The notes under the pieces are model-generated. The model was given only the letters and a program-made list of their open reading frames with translations, did no database searches and was not told the origin of the DNA. Positions 55,554 to 64,000 of a DNA stretch of 64,000 nucleotides are shown here, in pieces. Position 1 is the first letter of the stretch. Every line of letters starts with the position of its first letter. Origin of the DNA: a plasmid. The stretch is taken from the sequence record NZ_CP023779.1. The stretch is one strand, 5' to 3'. The position numbers and the translations under genes were made by a program.

Positions 55554-56351
55554 ATGTTGTTCCCGAACAACGGTTCTGACGACGGCAATGCCGTGTCCGG
55601 CCCGACGGCGGGATGGGGCGACTGGCTGCGGCCCGAGCCTGCCGACCCGGCGGCGGGCCCCGTTCCGGCGGCCGAGGTGATGCAGGCCGCGCCCCGCAAC
55701 GGTGCCGAGGTGGCAGCGGCGGCCACGGACTCGGCGTGGTCGCAGTGGCTCGAGGACTCGGGACCAGCTGAACAGGACACCGCCGCCACGGCCGCGGCGG
55801 CTCCGGCGCAGCGGCGGCGGCCGCTGGTGTTCGCGCTCGGGGGCGCGGTCCTGGCCGTGGGCGCGGTGATCGCCGGTGCGGTCGCGCTGATGTCGACGAC
55901 GAGGACACCGGTCCCGGCACTGCCGACACCGGCGGTCACCCCGCCCTCGGCCTCCGCGACCGATCCGGTGCTCGGTGGCGGCCCCGGCTGCGACGCGACC
56001 CGCGCACCGAATCTGGTGCGCGGCAACGGAACCGGTGGCACCGCCTCGGGGCCGGACGCAATTCTGGCGTTCCAGCACGGTTACTACGCGGCACGATCCG
56101 GCGCGGCGGCGTGGTCGGTGGTCGCACCGGGCGCACAGGTGTCGCCGGTGGAAGCGATCGACGCGGGGATCGCGACCGTCCCGGCCGGTACCCGGTACTG
56201 CGTCACGATCACCCCGGCCGCGGACAGCGAGTACCTGGTCGTGATCACCGAGACCCGCCCGGACACCTCGGTGCGCACCTGGCAGCAGCGGGTCACCGTC
56301 GCGGCGCAGGGCGGCAAGACGCTCATCACCCGGATCGGACGTGTCGAATGA
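55554..56351 (+). CDS. Single-pass membrane protein
   Basis: RBS GGGAGGTGAG; TM LVFALGGAVLAVGAVIAGAVALM. Confidence 0.5.
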   Translation: MLFPNNGSDDGNAVSGPTAGWGDWLRPEPADPAAGPVPAAEVMQAAPRNGAEVAAAATDSAWSQWLEDSGPAEQDTAATAAAAPAQRRRPLVFALGGAVLAVGAVIAGAVALMSTTRTPVPALPTPAVTPPSASATDPVLGGGPGCDATRAPNLVRGNGTGGTASGPDAILAFQHGYYAARSGAAAWSVVAPGAQVSPVEAIDAGIATVPAGTRYCVTITPAADSEYLVVITETRPDTSVRTWQQRVTVAAQGGKTLITRIGRVE

Positions 56352-57073
56352 CCAGCGTGGACGCCCACACGGGTGAATTCGTCGAGACCCACGGCGCAAC
56401 GGCCGAGACGGCACAGCCCGCGGGCCCGGTTCCCGCGCCGCCGCTGCTGCATATGCCGCGCAGCGGAAACCTCTCGTTCGCGGCGGCGGTGGCCCCGCCC
56501 CTCGATCGGCGGGCCCCGGCGTGGGAAACGCCCGTGCAGCACAACGAGCGGCGGGCCCCGGCGGTGTGGTTGCTGGGCGCACACGGCGGCGCGGGGGTGT
56601 CGACCCTGGCGCAGATGCTCGCCCCGGCTGGCGACTGCGGCCGCCGCTGGCCTGCGGGGCTGGGTGGTGAGTCCCCGTACGTGGTGATCGTGACGCGCGA
56701 GACCATCGAGGGCCTTTCCCGGGCTCATGATCTGCTGCGGCAGTTCCATTGCGGCCTGGCCGCCCGTCGCACGGTACTGCTCGGGTTGATCACGACCGCG
56801 CACCAGGCGGGCCGTCAACCCAAACCGATCCGCCGCTACCTGGATGTCATCTGGGATCTGGTGCCCGAAGCAGGACGGTGGCGCGTCGAGTGGCAGGGCG
56901 ATTGGCCTCTGACGGAGCTGAAAGACCTGCCGACCTGGACTCCGGGCGATGTGCGCCCGGCCAAGGGAGCCGACCCGCTCGCCAGTGTGCGCGGTCTCGG
57001 CGAATCGCTGATCGACACCATCCGCGCCGCTGCCACCGCGCGGCACCCTATCGAAGGAGAACAAGCACGATGA
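56348..57073 (+). CDS. Hypothetical conjugation-operon protein with a weak P-loop-like motif
   Basis: AVWLLGAHGGAGVSTLAQML; ATGA coupling on both sides. Confidence 0.5.
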   Translation: MTSVDAHTGEFVETHGATAETAQPAGPVPAPPLLHMPRSGNLSFAAAVAPPLDRRAPAWETPVQHNERRAPAVWLLGAHGGAGVSTLAQMLAPAGDCGRRWPAGLGGESPYVVIVTRETIEGLSRAHDLLRQFHCGLAARRTVLLGLITTAHQAGRQPKPIRRYLDVIWDLVPEAGRWRVEWQGDWPLTELKDLPTWTPGDVRPAKGADPLASVRGLGESLIDTIRAAATARHPIEGEQAR

Positions 57074-57366
57074 TCACCGCCCTGGTCATGCAGAGCACCG
57101 ACGTGCTCGCACAGCTGAATACCGACCTCACCCCGACGCCGCCCGCCGGAAGCGGCGGCCTGATCTACCTCGGCCGAATCCTCATGTGGTGCTGCCTTCT
57201 CGGCGGAATCCTCGCCATCGTCTACGGCGGCGGCAAGTTCGGGTGGGAGAAATGGACCGGTGGCGCGGTCGAGTCTCCGAAGATCATCGCCGCGTCGATG
57301 ATCGGGGGCATCGTCTCGGTGTCCGCGAGTCAGCTGATGGACGCCGTGATCAGCCACGCGCACTGA
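57070..57366 (+). CDS. Small 2-TM membrane protein (pilin/VirB2-like candidate)
   Basis: 98 aa with two hydrophobic helices (LIYLGRILMWCCLLGGILAIVYGG; IIAASMIGGIVSVSA); ATGA-coupled. Confidence 0.45.
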   Translation: MITALVMQSTDVLAQLNTDLTPTPPAGSGGLIYLGRILMWCCLLGGILAIVYGGGKFGWEKWTGGAVESPKIIAASMIGGIVSVSASQLMDAVISHAH

Positions 57367-57632
57367 TGACCATGACCGCCGCAGTGCTGGCCAAGCACCT
57401 CCCCGCCGACGTCGACGGGCCGATTCGCGCGCTGCTCGAGCGGGGGCTGTGGGTGGCGTTGATGCTGTGCCTGATTTGGCTCATCGCGTCCGGCGGGGCC
57501 TTCTGGCTGGCCAAATACAGCGCTCATCCGATCACGGTGCCCCTGAACCGGATTCTGCGCAGCCTCATCGCCTCAACGATGTGCACCGCCGCCCTCAGCT
57601 TCGCCGTCATGTACATCTACGCCATCCATTAA
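57366..57632 (+). CDS. Small 2-TM membrane protein (VirB3-like candidate)
   Basis: 88 aa; LWVALMLCLIWLIASGGAFWLA; start overlaps the upstream stop. Confidence 0.45.
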   Translation: MTMTAAVLAKHLPADVDGPIRALLERGLWVALMLCLIWLIASGGAFWLAKYSAHPITVPLNRILRSLIASTMCTAALSFAVMYIYAIH

Positions 57633-57675
57633 TAGAAAACTCATCGAATTCCATTCTCATGCAAGGAGATTCACG

Positions 57676-58317
57676 ATGCGTCGACCATCGACACGGCGCG
57701 CGCTCGGCACGCTCGCGGCCACCGCGGCGGCGGCTCTGCTGGCCGTGACCGGCTGCGGTGACGGCGGACACGAGAGCACGACCGGCCCGGCCGCGCCCGA
57801 CCTGAATCGCGCCCCGGCCGGTGTGCACTGGCAGACCTGGCAGGGCGTCGCCCTGCCGGTCAGCAGCACAGACGGACCGGCCGATATCGACGCGGCGGCC
57901 ACCGGCTACTCCCACACCCCGCAGGGTGCGGCGCTGGCGGCGATCCAGCACTCGATCCGGACGATGCTCGCGCCGGACGACAGCTGGCCCACCATCGCGG
58001 CCCGGTCTCTGGTACCGCTGAGCCCCGGCGCGGATGCCTGGAAGCTCACGCGGGTGCTGGTGTCGAAGATAAAGACCGACCCCGCCGCGGTGCCGCGCAT
58101 CGCAGGCTACAAGATCACCAGCTGGTCGCCGGGCCGAGCCGCTGTCACGGTCTACACCACGTATTCAGACGCCAGCGTGCTGGCCAGTGACACCACGGTC
58201 ACCTGGACGGCGGGCGATTGGCGGTTGCTGCTGCCGGATCCGGCGGCGAAAATCGTCACGCAGCACGATGTGCCCGCGGTTCCGGCCGACGCGGTGCGGC
58301 TGGAGGCCCAGCGATGA
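57676..58317 (+). CDS. Lipoprotein (paralog 1)
   Basis: Lipobox LLAVTGC; shares TGY(S/A)HTPQGAALAA with the next gene. Confidence 0.55.
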   Translation: MRRPSTRRALGTLAATAAAALLAVTGCGDGGHESTTGPAAPDLNRAPAGVHWQTWQGVALPVSSTDGPADIDAAATGYSHTPQGAALAAIQHSIRTMLAPDDSWPTIAARSLVPLSPGADAWKLTRVLVSKIKTDPAAVPRIAGYKITSWSPGRAAVTVYTTYSDASVLASDTTVTWTAGDWRLLLPDPAAKIVTQHDVPAVPADAVRLEAQR

Positions 58318-59174
58318 GCCACACGCCCGACCGGACTCCAGAGCAGGACGGCGGCGGTCGTCGCTCGATGGCACTGATCGCCGCCGTGGTCTTCGTGGCC
58401 GTGCTGATCGCCGCGGGCACCATTGTCCTGGTCACCCGCGGCGGTGACGATCACGGCGCGAAGCCGACGGCCCCGCCGACTCCGAGCTCGGCGCCGCCCG
58501 GCCCCGGCACCGCGACCGGGTTCGGTATCCCCGAGACCGATCCGTTCGGCCGCCGTATCGACATGCCGAACAACGCCTACGGTCAGCCGCTGGAACAGAC
58601 TGCCCCGCACCGCGAGCCGGGTGATCCGGAATGGCTGACCGCCGCTCCCGCCGGCACCCGCGGCCCCGGCGCCAAGGGCGGCTGGCAGCGGGTGTACGGC
58701 GCGGTGGTGCCGTTCAGCGCGTCCGACGGGCCCACCCGGATTCAGGACGGTGTGCCCACCGGGTACGCGCACACCCCCCAGGGTGCGGCGCTGGCGGCGG
58801 CGTTCCTGATGTGGGAGACCGCAGCGCGACCGGCTGACCGGCCCCTGCGCGAACGCATGGTCGTGATGAGCGCGAACGACCTCGCCGAGTTCGACCGGCT
58901 CAAGGCAGCGGGGAAGCTCCCCGATCGGCGGCCGGACTCGGAAACCCGCTACATGCTCGCACCCGACGCATTCCGGATCCGGTCGTGGGCCGATGACCTG
59001 TGCGTGGTCGAGCTGGCCACTCGCACCGAACCGGACAAGACCGGGACACCCCGTTGGCTGGGCAACCAGCTGGCGATGGTGTGGGACGGTTCCGGCTGGC
59101 GGATGCGGCTCGCGGCCGATCAGAAGCTGCCGCAAGAGGCCCTCGCGTCGCTGGCGGGGTGGACGCCATGGTGA
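58314..59174 (+). CDS. Membrane-anchored paralog of the preceding lipoprotein
   Basis: N-terminal TM; conserved VPFSASDGPTRI...GYAHTPQGAALAAA block; coupled start. Confidence 0.55.
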   Translation: MSHTPDRTPEQDGGGRRSMALIAAVVFVAVLIAAGTIVLVTRGGDDHGAKPTAPPTPSSAPPGPGTATGFGIPETDPFGRRIDMPNNAYGQPLEQTAPHREPGDPEWLTAAPAGTRGPGAKGGWQRVYGAVVPFSASDGPTRIQDGVPTGYAHTPQGAALAAAFLMWETAARPADRPLRERMVVMSANDLAEFDRLKAAGKLPDRRPDSETRYMLAPDAFRIRSWADDLCVVELATRTEPDKTGTPRWLGNQLAMVWDGSGWRMRLAADQKLPQEALASLAGWTPW

Positions 59175-60703
59175 CCACACTCCTCCGGTCCGTGTGCCCG
59201 GTGTCGGCGCTGCGCCGCGCCGCCGTCGCGGTGCTCGTGGTGGTCGCGGCGCTGGTCGGGACCGCCGCGAATGTGACGGCCCAGCCCGATACCTCCGGCG
59301 GCACCTACGGGTTCAACGACGCGTGCGAATCCATCCATGATGGGCTGCAAGATCTCGGAATCCCTGGCACCCCATTCAATTTGGGCAACGCGGCCGGTGG
59401 CCTGTGCAAGGCGGGCAACGTCGCGACGCATCCCGGCGACGCTGTGGAGGCGGTGACGGACAAGGCATGGGATTCGACGTTCGGCAAGGTGGTCGACTCG
59501 ATGCTGACCGGCCTCGGGCAGGCGCTCAGCATGGGTATCACGTTCTGGGCGCGAGTACCGAACTCCGCGGTGGCCGATATGCCGGGCCTGATGACGCGGA
59601 TCCGCGACTACACCCTGGACATTCAAATCTACGCTCTCGCAGCGAGTGTGATGCTGTGCGCCGTGCGGCTCGCGGCGGCGCGTGCCTCGGCAGCGGCCGA
59701 GGAAGCCGCCGAGGCGTTCCGGGTCCTGGTCCGCGTGGTGATCATGTCCGGCATGTTCGCCGGGCTAATCGTTATAGGCACTCAAGGCAGCGATGCCTTC
59801 GCCGAATGGGTGATCGACGATTCGACCGGCGGCAACGCCAAGGGGATCGCGGAGAGCATCGTGAAGACCGAGGCGCTGACGGCGTTCTCGCCGGGGCTGG
59901 TGCTGATCTTCGCTGTGGTCGGCCTGTTGTCGGCGATCCTGCAAATCGTGCTGGCGGTGGTGCGGCAAGGACTGCTGGTGGTGGTGACCGGGGTCCTTCC
60001 GCTCGCCGCCGCGTCGAGCGGGTCGCCCGCCGGGAAGCAGTTCTACCAAAAGTTGCTGCTGTGGAGCATCGCGTTCGTGCTCTACAAGCCCATGGCGGCG
60101 CTGGCCTACATGATCGCGTTCACCGTGGCAGGGTCCGGCGCCGGCACCGCTGACACCAAGCCCGATGCGGACAGCGCGATGAAATCGCTGGTCGGAATCG
60201 CGCTGCTGTGCTCGGTGGCGCTGGTTCTGCCCGCAATCATGCGCCTGATCTCGCCCGTGACATCCATGGCATCAGGTGCGTCCGGCGCGATGCTGGCCGG
60301 GGGCGTGCTGGCGGGCGGCGGCGGCATGGGCATGGTCGGGCGGCTGGCCAGCGGGGCAGCCGATTCCCGCGGCGGCGGCGTGGTGTCGAGCAATCAGGGG
60401 GGTGGCAACCGGCCGACCGGCGCGGCTTCCGGCCGCTCCGGCGGCACCGGCACACGCGGCGCGGCGGGCCCGGCCGGTGCCGCAGGGGCCAGAAGTGCCG
60501 GTGCCGCCGGGACCGGCGCCGCGGCAGCGAAGGCAGCCGGGCCGTACGGAGCGGCGGCAGCGGCGGCCGGGAAGGCGATCGGCGGTGGCCTTCGCGCAGC
60601 GGATTCGGCGGTCGGTCAGGCCACGAACACCGGACACAACTCCTCGCCCGCACCGCCCGCCCGGCCGACCGGCGCGGGCTCGAATCAGGCGGTTCCGCAA
60701 TGA
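59168..60703 (+). CDS. Polytopic membrane protein, TrbL/VirB6-like
   Basis: 6-7 TM segments then a Gly/Ala-rich C-terminal tail typical of TrbL/VirB6; ATGGTGA overlap with the upstream gene. Confidence 0.55.
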   Translation: MVTTLLRSVCPVSALRRAAVAVLVVVAALVGTAANVTAQPDTSGGTYGFNDACESIHDGLQDLGIPGTPFNLGNAAGGLCKAGNVATHPGDAVEAVTDKAWDSTFGKVVDSMLTGLGQALSMGITFWARVPNSAVADMPGLMTRIRDYTLDIQIYALAASVMLCAVRLAAARASAAAEEAAEAFRVLVRVVIMSGMFAGLIVIGTQGSDAFAEWVIDDSTGGNAKGIAESIVKTEALTAFSPGLVLIFAVVGLLSAILQIVLAVVRQGLLVVVTGVLPLAAASSGSPAGKQFYQKLLLWSIAFVLYKPMAALAYMIAFTVAGSGAGTADTKPDADSAMKSLVGIALLCSVALVLPAIMRLISPVTSMASGASGAMLAGGVLAGGGGMGMVGRLASGAADSRGGGVVSSNQGGGNRPTGAASGRSGGTGTRGAAGPAGAAGARSAGAAGTGAAAAKAAGPYGAAAAAAGKAIGGGLRAADSAVGQATNTGHNSSPAPPARPTGAGSNQAVPQ

Positions 60704-62193
60704 CGGGACAGACGAGTCAAGTTGTCGAAGAACGCACGTACGGCCTGTGGACCCGGCCCCGGAATGAGGGGTTGTGGGGGTTCGGGTGGGGCCTGACCAT
60801 GGCCGGTTTCGCCGCGCTGGTGGCCGCGATGTTCGCGGTCCTGTTCGGCGGGTGGCGAGCTGGCGCGGTGATCGTCGTGCTCGAAGTGATGGTGCTGGCA
60901 CCCATGGCCTGGCGGGTCGAAGGCCGCAGTGGATACGAACGGGGAATTCAGATGATGCAGTGGATCCGGACCGTGTTCCGGGGCGAGAACATCTACCAAT
61001 CCGGAGTGTTCAGCAGACTGGGCAGCTGCCAGCAGCCGGGCCTGCTGGCTCCCTCCAAGCTCTACGAGGGCAGGGATTCCGCCGGCTACCAGTTCGGCAT
61101 GGTGCACATGCCGAACTGGAACTTGTACACGGTGGTAGTGCGATGCTGGCCGCAGGGCGCGAGGGCCGTGGACCAGGAGATGATCGATCACTGGGTTGCC
61201 TGCTGGGGCCGGATGCTCGCGACCCTCGGCGGCAAACCGGATATCGAGGCGATCACCGCTGTCCTGGATACCGTCCCGGAGACCGGCAACCGGCTCGCCG
61301 CCGAGGTAGCCCAGCTCACCCGCCACGACGCGCCTGTCATGGCGAAGGCCATGATGGCCGAGCTGGCGGCCGAGCTGCCGAGCAACACCGTCCGGCCCGA
61401 AGCCTGGTGTTCGGTGACCTTCCGCGCCACGACACCGGAACGACGCAAAGACCCCGCCGAGCAAGCGGTCGAAATCGGCCGCCGCCTGCCCGGCATGATC
61501 ACCGCGCTCGGTGATGCGGGTGTTCGGGCCCGGCCGATGACGGGTGAGGAAGTCACCGCGCTCATGCGGCGGGCCTGGGATCCGGCGGCCGAGGCGAACC
61601 TCGAGGAGGCCGCCGAATACGACCAACCGCACGGGGTGCGGTGGTCCGAGGCCGGACCGGTCGCCCACGAGGAATACAAGGACAGGCTGTATCACGACGG
61701 CACGGTGTCGGTGACCTGGGAGATGGCGGCGGCCCCGGAGGGCAACGTCAACGAGCAGGTTCTCAAGCAGCTGCTCGAACCCAACCCGGACGTTCCGCGC
61801 AAGCGCGTCGCGATCGTCTATCGGCCACACGCGGCCGGGGACGCCGCGAAGATCGTCACCGACGACTACAAGAACGCGCTGGTGGCAAGCCAATCCGAGC
61901 GATCGGGCGTGGTCTCCGCCCAAGCAACACTGCGCGTCGCTGCCACCCAGCAAGCCCGCGAGGAACAGGCTCGGGGGCACGGGGTCACCCGATTCGGCGT
62001 GCTAATCACGATCACCGAACTCGCCGGATCGGACCTGCCGAGGATCGACGCGGTGGTCAAAGACATGACCGCGCAAGCGCGGCTCCGCATCCGGCGAAGC
62101 TACCGCTACCAAGCCGCCGCGTTCTCCGCCTGCTTGGGCACCGGCGTCCTGCTTCCGGAGATGGCGGCGACGCCGCGGGTCGTGGCCGAATGA
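60700..62193 (+). CDS. Conjugation membrane protein (SCO6880-like candidate)
   Basis: Two N-terminal TM helices then a 400-aa soluble domain; ATGA-coupled on both sides, directly before the VirB4-like ATPase. Confidence 0.5.
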   Translation: MTGQTSQVVEERTYGLWTRPRNEGLWGFGWGLTMAGFAALVAAMFAVLFGGWRAGAVIVVLEVMVLAPMAWRVEGRSGYERGIQMMQWIRTVFRGENIYQSGVFSRLGSCQQPGLLAPSKLYEGRDSAGYQFGMVHMPNWNLYTVVVRCWPQGARAVDQEMIDHWVACWGRMLATLGGKPDIEAITAVLDTVPETGNRLAAEVAQLTRHDAPVMAKAMMAELAAELPSNTVRPEAWCSVTFRATTPERRKDPAEQAVEIGRRLPGMITALGDAGVRARPMTGEEVTALMRRAWDPAAEANLEEAAEYDQPHGVRWSEAGPVAHEEYKDRLYHDGTVSVTWEMAAAPEGNVNEQVLKQLLEPNPDVPRKRVAIVYRPHAAGDAAKIVTDDYKNALVASQSERSGVVSAQATLRVAATQQAREEQARGHGVTRFGVLITITELAGSDLPRIDAVVKDMTAQARLRIRRSYRYQAAAFSACLGTGVLLPEMAATPRVVAE

Positions 62194-63965
62194 GCCCCGC
62201 ACGCAAGACGCGCACATCCACGCCGGGAACCGAGAAGGCGACCGGGAGCGGGTTCGGGCAGAAACTCCTGTCGGCGGAGCAGCGTGCCCGCATCGAGGCC
62301 CGCGCGGCGGCCGGGAATCCAGCGGCCCGGTTCCGCCTGCTTGTCGATGACAAGCGTCGGCTGGCGGCGAGCGTTCGCGCGGGCGAAGCGAACGGCGCGA
62401 GCCGCCCCACGGTGCGGATCACCAGAACGGGTGTCGTCGGCCTCGGCGGCGGCCGGTCTCGATCGGTGGTTGCGCCAGCAGAATTCCGGGGAACCACCGC
62501 GCAGGTCGCTGGCCTGTGGCCGTGGTGTGTCGGTGCCGGGGCACCGTTGATCGGTACGCCGCTGGGCCGCCACCTCGACACCGGTGAACCGGTGTGCTTC
62601 GACCCCACGAACTGGTTCACCAGCGGATTCCTGACCGCGCCCAGCCTGTTCGTGCTGGGGCTCAACGGGTTCGGCAAGTCGTCACTGGTGCGGCGCCTGG
62701 TGCTCGGCGGCATCGCCCAGGGCATCAAGCCCCTGATCCTCGCCGATGTGAAGCCCGACTACCGCGAAGCGGTCGAACAGTGCGGCGGCCAGATCATCGA
62801 CCTCGGGTATGGGCACGGCAAGATCAATCCACTCGACGCCGGTGTCATGGGTCAGGCGTTGCAACGGCTCATCGATGCCACGGCCGCAGCCCGCGCCGCG
62901 GGGGACATGGAGCGGGTAGGCACGCTCGGCAGCGAGATCGAGAGCCTGCGCACGGAACTGCGCGCCCGGCAAACCAACCTTATCGCGGGCCTCATCGAAC
63001 TGGTGCGCGGCCAGCGGATCGCGGATTTCGAGGACACCATCATCTCGACGGCACAGCGCATATTGTTCCGGTCGGCGAGCGAGGGCGGGCGCGGCTTCAC
63101 CGTGACGAACCCGCCGATCCTCGACGACCTCGCCGACGTGATCGCCGCCGGTGGCCCGGAACTCCAGCTCGACGCGGCCGCCAAGGACGCCGAACAGTAC
63201 GAGGCCGCGATCATCCCGCTGCGCCGGACCTTGCGGGCTCTCACCCAGGGCAACTTCGGCAACGTCTTCAACGGGCCCACCACAACGCCGCTCGATATCA
63301 ACGCGGTCGGGGTGTGCGTGGACGTGAGCCACATCCCGAAAAACGACAAAAAGCTGAAAGCGGCGGTGATGCTCGCGAGCTGGTCGTCGGGGTTCGGCGC
63401 GATCGAGGCCCTGAACTTGCTGGCGGCGGTCGGCCTGGAGAAACAGCGCTACTTCCAAGTGGTCATGGACGAGTTGTGGCAGGTTCTCGGCCTCGGCGAA
63501 TTCATGATCGAACGTGTCGACGAACTGACCCGTCTGCAACGCAGCATCGCGACGGCACTGATCATGATCAGTCACACCATCAAAGATCTCCAGGGCCTCG
63601 GAACCGATGCGGCCGGAAAGGCTTTGGGCTTTCTCGAACGGGCGCGCGCGAAGATCTTCGGCGCGCTGCCGCCCGAAGAACTGGCCCGGCTGGATCCGAT
63701 CGTGCCGTGCACCCGCACCGAGGTCGCGATGGTGACCGGGTGGTCGTCGCCGCAGGCGTTGACCGGTGAACCGATCAAGCGCGGCGTGGACCGCCCGCTG
63801 CCGCCGGGCGTCGGCAAGTTCCTGCTCAAGATCGGCGAAGATCGCGCGCCGGGAATCCCCTTCAGCTTGGAGCTCACCGGCGTGGAGCTGACCGCGAAAA
63901 TTCACGAGACCTCCCGCTTGTACGACACGTTCGGCGAACACGACGACGAGAGGTATGCCTCGTGA
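62190..63965 (+). CDS. VirB4/TraC-like conjugal transfer ATPase
   Basis: Walker A LGLNGFGKSS and Walker B FQVVMDELWQ; 591 aa. Confidence 0.75.
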   Translation: MSPARKTRTSTPGTEKATGSGFGQKLLSAEQRARIEARAAAGNPAARFRLLVDDKRRLAASVRAGEANGASRPTVRITRTGVVGLGGGRSRSVVAPAEFRGTTAQVAGLWPWCVGAGAPLIGTPLGRHLDTGEPVCFDPTNWFTSGFLTAPSLFVLGLNGFGKSSLVRRLVLGGIAQGIKPLILADVKPDYREAVEQCGGQIIDLGYGHGKINPLDAGVMGQALQRLIDATAAARAAGDMERVGTLGSEIESLRTELRARQTNLIAGLIELVRGQRIADFEDTIISTAQRILFRSASEGGRGFTVTNPPILDDLADVIAAGGPELQLDAAAKDAEQYEAAIIPLRRTLRALTQGNFGNVFNGPTTTPLDINAVGVCVDVSHIPKNDKKLKAAVMLASWSSGFGAIEALNLLAAVGLEKQRYFQVVMDELWQVLGLGEFMIERVDELTRLQRSIATALIMISHTIKDLQGLGTDAAGKALGFLERARAKIFGALPPEELARLDPIVPCTRTEVAMVTGWSSPQALTGEPIKRGVDRPLPPGVGKFLLKIGEDRAPGIPFSLELTGVELTAKIHETSRLYDTFGEHDDERYAS

Positions 63966-64000
63966 ATCCTATTCGCCGTTACGGGCCTGTCAGCGAGGAA
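63962..64000 (+). CDS. 5' end of the next coupled gene (truncated by window edge)
   Basis: GTG overlapping the VirB4-like stop (GTGA); only 13 codons visible. Confidence 0.25.
   Translation, partial: MNPIRRYGPVSEE

Overview
This ~70% GC window looks like a conjugative plasmid (or ICE) of a Corynebacteriales-type actinobacterium such as Nocardia, Rhodococcus, Mycobacterium or Gordonia. In coordinate order it carries: a BrnT/BrnA-like toxin-antitoxin pair; SSB; a 2100-aa MobF/TrwC-type TraA relaxase-helicase with a duplicated C-terminal region; and a putative oriT-side 'leading' region of ~15 small operons, all transcribed towards traA (DUF3560, DUF932, NrdH, HNH, many hypotheticals), several of them preceded by tandem copies of a 12-bp perfect palindrome CATAGTACTATG plus conserved leaders and hairpins. 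Beyond that lie a serine recombinase with a res-like site, a translationally coupled trio of tyrosine recombinases plus a fourth small ORF, a cupin/CYTH/P-loop kinase/SAM-methyltransferase operon of unknown function, an XRE-TPR regulator, and a parA operon followed by a tandem-repeat protein and a DUF2637-like membrane protein. Further on are an AT-rich island, a CopG-like RHH gene upstream of a putative rep, an XRE/ImmA pair next to a tandem-HTH XRE regulator, and a long ATGA-coupled T4SS-like conjugation operon (VirB4-like ATPase, TrbL/VirB6-like protein, lipoproteins) that includes a secreted cutinase-family esterase. Many long ORFs in the supplied track are antisense or Arg-rich artefacts of the GC content; starts were re-picked using RBS and stop/start coupling.
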